A stretch of DNA of 64,000 nucleotides from the NCBI GenBank assembly GCA_023150875.1, contig JAKLKC010000012.1:5565-69564 (forward strand), written 5' to 3'. The notes beneath the pieces were generated by a model. The model did not search any database, was not told the DNA's origin, and saw only the letters and a list, made by a program, of their open reading frames with translations. The DNA comes from Myxococcota bacterium. Lineage in GTDB: Bacteria; Myxococcota_A; UBA796; UBA9615; JAKLKC01. Below are positions 39,312-47,511 of the stretch, one piece after another (position 1 is the first letter of the stretch; every line of letters begins with the position of its first letter). The position numbers and the translations under genes were made by a program.

Positions 39312-41348
39312 TCAGGCCACCCCCAGCGCCTTGAACGCCGCCTGCCGCACGTCTCCGAAGAAGATCGGGTCCACCCGCTCCAGGACGTCGGGATGGACGT
39401 CCAGGATCTGGCGCTTGTTCTCGATGGGGACGAGGGCGCGGCGGGCGCCATTGTCCATGGCGACCTGGAGGGGCTCGGTCAGGGAGCGGACCGGCTTGAT
39501 GTTGCCCTGCACGCTCATGTCGCCCAGCACCAGCAGGCTCGCCTGGGGCGGGGACCGGCGCAGGATGGAGTAGGCGGCGACGAAGAAGGCGACGCCGATC
39601 TCCGCCTCCACCCGGTTGCCCAGCAGGTCGATGACCTCGACGTGCAGGTCCGACGTGTCGAGCTCCCGGGCCACGCCGAAGGGGGTCTTCTGGGCGTGGA
39701 GGTGGGCGAAGGCGCGCTGGACCGACTCCTTCATCGCCCCGCTCACGCCCCCCGCCAGCTTCAGCTTGCCGGTCCCCGACGACTGCGACACCTCCACCCG
39801 GTACAGGCCCACCGTGCCGTCCCCGCTGACCGAGGCCGTGTAGACCGTGCCCGGCGGCAGGGGGTCGGTGGAGATCAGGTCGCGCCCCCCCTGCTCGGGA
39901 ACGCCGACGAAGCGCTCCTCGCCCGTCTCGTGGTCGACATAGCTGAAGCTCGTCTGGTAGTACTCGAAGGAGCCCATCTTCTTGAGCTGCTCCTTCACCC
40001 GGCGCCGGCCCTCCAGGGCGAAGGCCAGGACCTCCTCCAGGTCCTCCTTGGAGACCTCGCCGTGGGGGTGCAGGACCTTCACCAGCCCCGACACCGTGCG
40101 CCGCACCGCCTTGCGGTCCCGGGCGTTCAGGTGGGAGCCGAGGTCGAAGTGGTGGTCCAGCGTCTCGGTGAAGTTGAGGCGGCGCAGCTCCCGCATCGCC
40201 TCGGCCAGGTAGTCCACCACGAAGCCGTAGTGGTCGGTGAAGTGTTCGTTGCGCATCTTCGGCACCTCCCACCCCGGCAGGTAGAAGTGCAGCCGGTCGA
40301 TGAACGCCATGTCGTCCCGGATCACGTCCGGCATCGGCGCGAACAGGTGTCCCGTCTGGACCATCACGTCCACCGGCTGCTGGGTGTTGCCGAACATCGC
40401 CACGCTGGCGTAACCCGACGCCTCCTCCTGGCCCCGCTGGTAGCGCCCCGACTCGCAGTAGGTCTTGAGGGTGGTCACCACCTCCTTCGGCATCTTCTGC
40501 AGGTCGGCCACCTCGTCGAAGCCCACCACGTCCCAGATCTGCACCATCCCCTTCTGGCGACCGCTCATGTGGCCGAAGAGGTTGGCCACCGTCGTCGGAC
40601 CCGTCAGCAGCGCCGCGTAGGGCGACAGCTCCTGCACCGCGTAGCTCTTGCCCGTGCCCCGCGGGCCCAGCTCCACCAGGTTGAAGTTCTGCTCGCACAG
40701 GGGCACCAGGCGCGCCAGGAAAAGCAGCTTCAGCCGCCGCGCCATCACCGTCGGCTCGTAGCCCATGCTGCGAAGGAGCAGGTCGATCCACTCGTCGGTC
40801 GTGAACCCGGCCCGCGTCCGCCGGTAGTCGTCCAGGTCGAAGGTGGCGAGCTGGATGGGGGTCAGCTTCTCGATCCAGAACGGGTACCTGCCCCGGTTCT
40901 CGTCGTCGGGCAGGAAGCGCAGGTCCACCTGAGCCCAGATCCCGCCGGTGAGCAGGCGGTCGTAGGAGCGGACGTAGTGCTCGGGCACGCGCACGTGCTG
41001 GTGGCCGAAGTTCGCCAGCTCCGCCCAGTAGTCCGAGTCTACCAGCCGCACCTTCACTTTGTCGATGAAGGTCCAGCGCCCCTTCTCCCGGACCCGGCTC
41101 TGGGCCTTCATGGACTCGTCGGGCCGGATGTAGTTCTCGGCCAGCGTGTCCTTCACCACCTGCAGCCCCATCTGGATCGCCATCTCGTCCGACGAGGCGC
41201 AGTACTTGCCGAGCAGGTACTCCAGGACGAAGACCGGGACGTTCGCCCCCACCTTCACCTTGCGGACGAGGTCCTTGCGGACCACGCGCCCCGCGAAGAG
41301 GCGGTTCACTTTGTCGTCGAGCGCGTCGCGCGTCGGGGGCACGTTCAC
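39312..41348 (-). CDS. brxL: BREX Lon-like protease BrxL
   Basis: N-terminus 'DDKVNRLFAGRVVRKDLVRKVKVGANVPVFVLEYLLGKYCASSDE' matches BrxL family; Walker A 'LGPRGTGKS'; C-terminal Lon-like domain; GTG start. Confidence 0.9.
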   Translation of the reverse strand: MNVPPTRDALDDKVNRLFAGRVVRKDLVRKVKVGANVPVFVLEYLLGKYCASSDEMAIQMGLQVVKDTLAENYIRPDESMKAQSRVREKGRWTFIDKVKVRLVDSDYWAELANFGHQHVRVPEHYVRSYDRLLTGGIWAQVDLRFLPDDENRGRYPFWIEKLTPIQLATFDLDDYRRTRAGFTTDEWIDLLLRSMGYEPTVMARRLKLLFLARLVPLCEQNFNLVELGPRGTGKSYAVQELSPYAALLTGPTTVANLFGHMSGRQKGMVQIWDVVGFDEVADLQKMPKEVVTTLKTYCESGRYQRGQEEASGYASVAMFGNTQQPVDVMVQTGHLFAPMPDVIRDDMAFIDRLHFYLPGWEVPKMRNEHFTDHYGFVVDYLAEAMRELRRLNFTETLDHHFDLGSHLNARDRKAVRRTVSGLVKVLHPHGEVSKEDLEEVLAFALEGRRRVKEQLKKMGSFEYYQTSFSYVDHETGEERFVGVPEQGGRDLISTDPLPPGTVYTASVSGDGTVGLYRVEVSQSSGTGKLKLAGGVSGAMKESVQRAFAHLHAQKTPFGVARELDTSDLHVEVIDLLGNRVEAEIGVAFFVAAYSILRRSPPQASLLVLGDMSVQGNIKPVRSLTEPLQVAMDNGARRALVPIENKRQILDVHPDVLERVDPIFFGDVRQAAFKALGVA

Positions 41349-41352
41349 GGGG

Positions 41353-43920
41353 CTACCTCAGGAGGCTCGTGGGCAGGGCGGGGGACGAGGCGAGGACCGC
41401 CCCCGAGGCCGGATCCAGGACCACCACCTTCACCGACGCCGCGTCCTCGCCGCCCAGCGTCAGGCCGACGTGGGCCTTCGCGCCCGGCCGGACCCGCAGC
41501 ACCCCCCGCTCCCGGTCGAGCTCGCCCCCGCTGACCATGCCCGCCGCGCCCACCTGCTGCTGCTCCGACAGGACCACCACCCGCAGCTCCACCGCCTCGG
41601 GCGCGAACAGCGGCGGCGCCTTCACCTCGACCTCCACCACGAAGACCCGGTTCGTGATGCGCTCGGGCAGCCCCGCCAGGACCACCTCGATCCCGCCCGT
41701 CCCCGGCGCCGGCTCCCCCGCCGGGATCCGGAAGGAGAGGACCGGGATCACCAGCTCCTGGAGGCTCGTGCTCCCGTGGTGGAAGCTCAGGTCCCCGCCG
41801 GCCTTGAACACCCCCAGGCCCGCCGGGAACACGAGCTCCAGGTCGCCGGCGTAACCGAGCTCCCCCGCCGACACCCGCACCGTCCCGGGGGGCGTCGCGC
41901 CGCCGCGGCCGATCCAGACCCGCCGGTGGAGCTCCACCGTATCGCCGCCGGGGGCGTCGGTCTTCATGTCGTCCCCCTTCCGCAGCCCGAAGAGGTGGCC
42001 GTGGTCGGCGGTCACCACGAAGTGCTCCACCCCCGCGGCCGAGAGGCGCCGGGCCGCCCGGGCGAGGTCGCCGATCACCCCCTCCATTGCCCGCCGGGCC
42101 AGGTGGTCGTCCCCTGTCTCGCCCAGGTAGTCGATCTCCGTCGACCGCACCACCACCAGGGACCGGCCCGCGACCCGCCGCCGCAGCTCGGACGCCTTGT
42201 CCTGGAGCACCCGGCTCAGGGTCAGGTCCACGACGTCGGGCACCCGCGCCTGCAGGTACCTCGTCCGCTCCGTCACCCCCGAGAGCGGCACCCCGTCCAC
42301 CAGGGCCGCCACCTTCCCCTTGTGGGCCACCACCGACAGGTTCGCGGACGCCCCCGGCAGCAGCGCCGCCATGCCCACGGGCGTGATGGTGGGCAGGGCC
42401 GCCACGGCGGGGAGCAGGTGGAGGTCCAGGGCCCCCGGGAGCTGCCGCGCGAGCTCCACCCCCATCTCGTACCGCAGCGCGTCGACCAGGAAGTACGCCA
42501 CCGGCCCTCCCCGGGTCGCCACCACGTCCGGGTGGACGCGCGCCTGGTGCAGGACCCCCGGCACGCTCCAACCCGCCCGGGCGAGGGCCGCGGTGAAGCC
42601 CCGGGCCATGTCGTGGAGCAGCCGCTCCGCGTCCCGGAGCACGACGCTGATCGCCTTCTCGAACAGGGACTCGTCGCCGACCCGCCCCCGCCACGTCTCC
42701 AGCGCCCGCTGGGCGGCGTCCACCCGGTGCCACCCGTCCTCGGCGGCGTAGCCCGCCACCCAGGTCTCCGGACCCGCCGAGGTCGGGGGCAGGCTGCCCT
42801 TCACCGCCCCGATCCGCAGGCCGAGCACGGCGACGCGCCGCGCCACCTCCCATTGCTCCTTGCGGGGGACGCGGGTGGCCTCGTCGGTCCACTCCACCCA
42901 GAAGCTCCGCTCGCGATCCTCCACCACCTCCAACGCCTCGCCGAACCGTCCCCGCTCCAGCAGCTCGGCGCACCAGGAGAGCAGGAGCCGCTCCTCGAAC
43001 TCGAAGGTGTCGATGCGCCCCAGGTCCTCCGCCCGCACCTTCGCCCTCGCCAGGTGGAACTCCTGCTCCACCTGCCGGGCCCGGGCCGCGTAGGCCGGGG
43101 CGTGGTCCCGCCGGAAGCGCCGGGCCAGCTCCCGCACCTGCTCGCGTTGGGCCTCGGTCTCTGGCGCCGGCTGCCCGGACATCGACGCGGGCGGAGGCGC
43201 CCGGAGGTCCATCCGGAACTCGCCCAGCAGGACGTAGCGGGCGAGGCGGCCGCGGGCCTGGGCCAGGGGAAGGCCGTCGTCGAGGTGCAGGCCCACCTTC
43301 GAGGCGACGAGGCGGTACAGCTCCGCGGCGGCGCCCTTCTCGGCGATCTCCGCGTCCCGGGCCTCGTCGGCGAGCCACCGGACCAGGATCTCGGAGTCGG
43401 CGGCGTCCCCGAAGATCACCTTCAGCCGCGACGCCTCGCCGCCGTCCCGCTGCGCCAGGAAGGCCACCACGTCGTCGTAGGTGGCGCGCCCTCCCTCCAG
43501 CACCTCGTCGATGACCCCGTCGGTGTAGCGCCGGCGCAGGCAGTCCCGGGCCTGTCGGGGGAAGTCCCAGTCCAGGCGGCGCCCGGCCTTCTGCAGCTCC
43601 ATGAGCACGTCCCGGGCGGGCTCGGGCAGCTCCGCGGGCACGTAGACCAGGAGGGGCGGATCGGGGGGGCCGTCCCCCGCGAAGAAGGGCTCGACGGCGT
43701 CCCGCACCGCGAACCACGAGCCCTCGAAGGTGACGAGGCGGGCCCGACCGTCGCCCAGGTCCACCTCGAAGACGTCGGGGTGCTCGTCGCTCCAGGCACA
43801 CGCGCCGGCCAGGTCGTCGAAGAAGGGCCGGAAGGCGCCGGCGGGGTCCACGACGACGGCGACACCCCGACGCAGCGCGGCGCGCACCTGCTCGGCGAGG
43901 TGGGTGTGGAAGGGGTTCAT
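41353..43920 (-). CDS. pglZ: BREX alkaline-phosphatase-superfamily protein PglZ
   Basis: 'YFLVDALRYEMGVEL', 'VVTADHGHL' PglZ motifs; ATG at 43918-43920 overlaps stop of upstream gene (ATGA). Confidence 0.9.
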   Translation of the reverse strand: MNPFHTHLAEQVRAALRRGVAVVVDPAGAFRPFFDDLAGACAWSDEHPDVFEVDLGDGRARLVTFEGSWFAVRDAVEPFFAGDGPPDPPLLVYVPAELPEPARDVLMELQKAGRRLDWDFPRQARDCLRRRYTDGVIDEVLEGGRATYDDVVAFLAQRDGGEASRLKVIFGDAADSEILVRWLADEARDAEIAEKGAAAELYRLVASKVGLHLDDGLPLAQARGRLARYVLLGEFRMDLRAPPPASMSGQPAPETEAQREQVRELARRFRRDHAPAYAARARQVEQEFHLARAKVRAEDLGRIDTFEFEERLLLSWCAELLERGRFGEALEVVEDRERSFWVEWTDEATRVPRKEQWEVARRVAVLGLRIGAVKGSLPPTSAGPETWVAGYAAEDGWHRVDAAQRALETWRGRVGDESLFEKAISVVLRDAERLLHDMARGFTAALARAGWSVPGVLHQARVHPDVVATRGGPVAYFLVDALRYEMGVELARQLPGALDLHLLPAVAALPTITPVGMAALLPGASANLSVVAHKGKVAALVDGVPLSGVTERTRYLQARVPDVVDLTLSRVLQDKASELRRRVAGRSLVVVRSTEIDYLGETGDDHLARRAMEGVIGDLARAARRLSAAGVEHFVVTADHGHLFGLRKGDDMKTDAPGGDTVELHRRVWIGRGGATPPGTVRVSAGELGYAGDLELVFPAGLGVFKAGGDLSFHHGSTSLQELVIPVLSFRIPAGEPAPGTGGIEVVLAGLPERITNRVFVVEVEVKAPPLFAPEAVELRVVVLSEQQQVGAAGMVSGGELDRERGVLRVRPGAKAHVGLTLGGEDAASVKVVVLDPASGAVLASSPALPTSLLR

Positions 43921-44915
43921 CCGGGGTCCTCGGTCGCGGGCTGGCTCTCGTCGTCCAGGATCACCAGGCGGGTGACTTGCAAGCGCCCCGTCCGGCGTCC
44001 GCCACCCGCGCGTCGGACTCCGTGGACCTCGACCCGTCGGTCGAGGGCCTCGATGGCCGTGTCGAGCAGCTCCGGCTCGAAGCCGCACGGGACCTCCAGG
44101 GCCGCATCGCCGACGTTCCGCAGCGTGAACGACAGGTTGTCGAGGTCGATCTCCCGCAGGTCCCCCGCGTAGGTCAGGACGACCTCCGAGGCGGCGGCGT
44201 CGATGGCCGCGTCGATCCGCCGATGGGCCGCGCGTGTCAGCGAGACGGGGCGCCCGCCGGCCGAAGGTCCCGACAGCTCGACCGCGTCGACCCCTCCCCG
44301 GGGGCGCGGGGCGAGGCGCTTGACTTCGGTCAGCAGCACCCGGCGGAGCCCCGCGTCGGGGACGCGCCGCGCGAGGGCGCCCTCGTCCTCGTCCGACCCC
44401 GCCCAGGCGGCCACCGTCGCGTACTTGTCCAGCGCTTCCCTCGCCGCGCCCGCGACGCTCCCCGCGTCGGCGTCCTCGCGCTCGGGAAGGCGCAGGCCGA
44501 CGCGGACGCTGCCCGGCCGCAGGCTCAGCACCTCCAGGTCGCAGGCCCGCTGGATGGCGAGGGTCGGACGGGTCGAGAGGGACCCGGTGGCGATCCACTC
44601 GGTCCCCGACTGGATCCCCTTGCGGAGCGTGTTGAGGAAGGTGGTCAGGACGCTCGTCGGCGTGGCGGGCCAGTCGATCCCGGCGCCGCGGACTCCGAGC
44701 CAGAGGGGGGCCTCCGCCTCCTCGGCCACCGCCCGCCCGGTGTACTCGCGCAGGTCGGCCTCCATCCGCCGGATCTGGTCGAGGGGCCCCTCCGACATGA
44801 CCGCGAACCAGGCGTCGCTCAGGCGGGGACGGTCCCGCTCCAGAGCGGCCAGCGACTCGTACATCCGAGCGAGCTGCTGGAGCGTGACGCGGAGCTCGGT
44901 GTCGTTGCGGATCAT
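43917..44915 (-). CDS. uncharacterised protein (332 aa) translationally coupled between an NTase-like gene and pglZ
   Basis: ATGA overlaps at both ends (44912-44915 and 43917-43920); no known motifs recognised. Confidence 0.55.
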   Translation of the reverse strand: MIRNDTELRVTLQQLARMYESLAALERDRPRLSDAWFAVMSEGPLDQIRRMEADLREYTGRAVAEEAEAPLWLGVRGAGIDWPATPTSVLTTFLNTLRKGIQSGTEWIATGSLSTRPTLAIQRACDLEVLSLRPGSVRVGLRLPEREDADAGSVAGAAREALDKYATVAAWAGSDEDEGALARRVPDAGLRRVLLTEVKRLAPRPRGGVDAVELSGPSAGGRPVSLTRAAHRRIDAAIDAAASEVVLTYAGDLREIDLDNLSFTLRNVGDAALEVPCGFEPELLDTAIEALDRRVEVHGVRRAGGGRRTGRLQVTRLVILDDESQPATEDPG

Positions 44916-45355
44916 GGCGTCACCTTCAGGATGCCCTTCGCCCGACCGTCCCGGGTGAGCTGGAAGTATTCCATGTGGCGTGCCAGCGCGGGCGTGCCTT
45001 CCGCGCCGACGAGCACGTCGAACCCGTACCTCGTCCCCACGCGCCGGCGGGAGAGGAGGTTGTACTCGAAAGGGCGCAGCTCGGACTGGAAGTCGTGGTC
45101 CGCACGGAGGGCGAGCACGAGGTCGATGTCCCCGGGATCGGGCTCGGCGGTCACGAAGCTCCCGTCGACGGCGAGCCAGGCGATGGCGGGCGTGGTCCTC
45201 GCCTCGGCCAGGAAGGCGCGCAACCTCTCCACGAGCACATGGCGACCGGGATGCCCCAGGCAGAAGCGCCCGAAGCGCTCGCGCACCTCCGCGAAGGTGC
45301 ACTCGTGCACCCCCGGAGGCAGCAGCCCGTCGGGGGTCAGCTCCGGGATCGGCAT
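44912..45355 (-). CDS. nucleotidyltransferase-like small protein (DUF-type, 'TPDGLLPPGVH' family)
   Basis: 'LAVDGSFVTAEPDPGDIDLVL' fits GSx9-13DxD NTase motif; N-terminal 'PELTPDGLLPPGVHECTFAEV' signature. Confidence 0.55.
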   Translation of the reverse strand: MPIPELTPDGLLPPGVHECTFAEVRERFGRFCLGHPGRHVLVERLRAFLAEARTTPAIAWLAVDGSFVTAEPDPGDIDLVLALRADHDFQSELRPFEYNLLSRRRVGTRYGFDVLVGAEGTPALARHMEYFQLTRDGRAKGILKVTP

Positions 45356-45482
45356 GGCGCCTCGGGGAGAAGCGGGGAGAGCTGGCGGGCGGAACGGCTC
45401 ATGCACGGTCCCCGACCGGCCTGCGGTCCGCCACATCGGGCGCACCGATCCGGGGGATGCTGCCGGAGGGCGGGAGCGCGGC

Positions 45483-45542
45483 GACGCCCCGGCGCCGCGC
45501 GGCGCGCACCAGCTCGGCGAGGTGGGTGTGGAACGGGCTCAT
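45483..45542 (-). pseudogene. remnant of a second pglZ 5' end (20 codons, MSPFHTHLAELVRAARRRG...)
   Basis: 45483-45542 ~ 43861-43920 at nt level incl. ATGA junction; similarity stops abruptly. Confidence 0.5.
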
Positions 45543-46228
45543 CCGGGGCCCTCGGCGCGGAGGCGGCCCTGGCGGCGGAGCTGCCTCGCCACCAGCGGGC
45601 ACTCGCAGGCCAGCCAGGAAAGGGGCCACGGTTCCGGCGGATCGTCCGGGTCGGTCCGCAGGCCGTGGTACCGGTCGTGGTATTCCGCACGTGCGTCACA
45701 GAAGACGGGGTCGTTGAGGCCCAGCCTCGAGATCGTCGCCTCGACCTTCGCCCGGACCTCGGCTTCCAGGTCGTCCGCCGGGGCGATCTCGAAGCTCGCC
45801 ACGTCCAGCGTGAACCAGTGGTCCTGGACCTCGAAAGGGTCCAGCACGTCCTCGTGGTCGCCCTTGTTGGTGTTCACCTGGGCGGCCGCGAGGCGGAAGT
45901 TCGACCACTCGTAGGCGAGGCGCCGGTCCCTCGACTTGGGGACGAAGTGGTCGACCGTGGCGGCTCCCGTCGCCTCGTGGATGCGCATGCCCAGGTAGCC
46001 GCACACGTTCCCGTAGCGCCGCCGGAGCTCGGGCAGCGCGCGGGTCCAGAACGTGGGGAGGTTCTCCACGGGGATGGCGTCGATGGTCGTCGCCACGACG
46101 CTCCGCTTGCGGCCTCGCCGTGGGGGACCCGAGGTATCACCGACGAGTTCACGGAGGGCTCGCTCGCCCGGGATCCTCACGAGCTCGTCGAAGTCGGCCG
46201 GTTCCTCGGCGGGATCGACGTGGATCAC
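45539..46228 (-). CDS. HNH endonuclease (PtuB-like)
   Basis: 'CGYLG...VDHFVPKS...WSNFRLAAAQVNTNK' HNH motif; GTGA overlap with upstream ATPase. Confidence 0.7.
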   Translation of the reverse strand: MIHVDPAEEPADFDELVRIPGERALRELVGDTSGPPRRGRKRSVVATTIDAIPVENLPTFWTRALPELRRRYGNVCGYLGMRIHEATGAATVDHFVPKSRDRRLAYEWSNFRLAAAQVNTNKGDHEDVLDPFEVQDHWFTLDVASFEIAPADDLEAEVRAKVEATISRLGLNDPVFCDARAEYHDRYHGLRTDPDDPPEPWPLSWLACECPLVARQLRRQGRLRAEGPG

Positions 46229-47511
46229 GCGGGCTCCGGCGGAAGGTGCTGCGACATGAAGTGCCGCCAGCGGACGAAGAAGGGGTCCATCGCCGGGAGG
46301 AGGCGGCCGAGATCGGCATCGACGTTCCGGATCCGGTCCGGGTCGGGTGAGGGCTCACGAATGAGCCGGCGGGCGGCTTCGATGGCCCTCTCCGCGTCTA
46401 CCGACGTCGCCTCGCCGAGATCGAATACGTCGGAGCGGAGCCACCGGCTCGCGTCGCCCCTCAGGTGCCACTCGTCCTTTGCGATCTGGACCATCCCGTC
46501 CACCAGGTCGAGCTTCCACAGGGCGTCCCGGGAGGGGTCGAACACGGGCTCCATCGAGGCGAGGATCAGGGGGGAATGGGTCGCCACCAGGAACTGGACG
46601 TCGGGAGCGGCGTCGTCGTGCCACCCGCGCACGGCCTCGTGGATGCCACGAAGCACCGTCCGCTGCCACCTGGGGTGGAGGTGGGTCTCGGGCTCGTCGA
46701 TGAGCACGATCAACTGGCGCGACATGGGCCTGCCCATGCTGGCGCTCTCCCGCTCGTGGGCGGACAGGGACCAGGCCAGCAGGTAGGCCAGCTTGCACAT
46801 CCGCTGCACCCCCGCCGGGGCGTATGTGATGGGGACGTCCTGGCCGTAGGGCATGGATACGGTGGGGATCGCCCGGTCGTCGTCGGGGTACGGGTACCGT
46901 GGCTCTCCCGGCCGCAAGGGTTCTCCTTCGGGGCCCAGGGCGGCCAGCAGCCTGCGGAGCAGCTCGAACCTCGGGTCCTCGCTGCGCTGCCAGAGGATCC
47001 AGTCCAGGATCAGCCCGGAGCAGATCGTCTGCTCCCGCTCCTGGCCGCCCTCGGTGATGGTCCGACGCAGGCCGTGGAAGACCTGGCGTGGGCTGAACTG
47101 GTATGCCGGTGGCGCCTCGATGTTACCGCCGTCGGGGCGCTGATAGAGGCGGTAGTTCCGAGCCGGGTCCCAGGCCGAGAACGAGCCGTCCACGCGAGCG
47201 TACAGGACGAGGCCCGGGTTCGGGGGGCGGCCCGGGGCCCGCCGCCAGGTCTGGGCTCCCGGGAGCCACTTGGAGACCGCTTGGTGGGGTCGCCGTTCCC
47301 CGTCGAAGGCGAAGGCGATCTCGGCGTCCTGCGCGTTCGGGACCGCGGGCGACTCGTGCCAGGTGCGGGTCAGGGCCCACCACCCCACATCCAGCAGGAA
47401 CGACTTCCCGAGCCCGTTGTCCCCGGTGATCAGGTTGAAGCGGCGCGCGATGGGGTCCATCACCAGCGACGCGCCGGGCCCGACCCGGGTGAGCTTCAGC
47501 TTCCTCAGCAT
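46225..47511 (-). CDS. AAA/ABC-type ATPase (PtuA/OLD-like)
   Basis: Walker A 'TGDNGLGKS', Walker B 'LIVLIDEPETHLHP', 'ATHSP'; ATG overlaps pglX stop (TGATG at 47509-47513). Confidence 0.7.
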   Translation of the reverse strand: MLRKLKLTRVGPGASLVMDPIARRFNLITGDNGLGKSFLLDVGWWALTRTWHESPAVPNAQDAEIAFAFDGERRPHQAVSKWLPGAQTWRRAPGRPPNPGLVLYARVDGSFSAWDPARNYRLYQRPDGGNIEAPPAYQFSPRQVFHGLRRTITEGGQEREQTICSGLILDWILWQRSEDPRFELLRRLLAALGPEGEPLRPGEPRYPYPDDDRAIPTVSMPYGQDVPITYAPAGVQRMCKLAYLLAWSLSAHERESASMGRPMSRQLIVLIDEPETHLHPRWQRTVLRGIHEAVRGWHDDAAPDVQFLVATHSPLILASMEPVFDPSRDALWKLDLVDGMVQIAKDEWHLRGDASRWLRSDVFDLGEATSVDAERAIEAARRLIREPSPDPDRIRNVDADLGRLLPAMDPFFVRWRHFMSQHLPPEPA

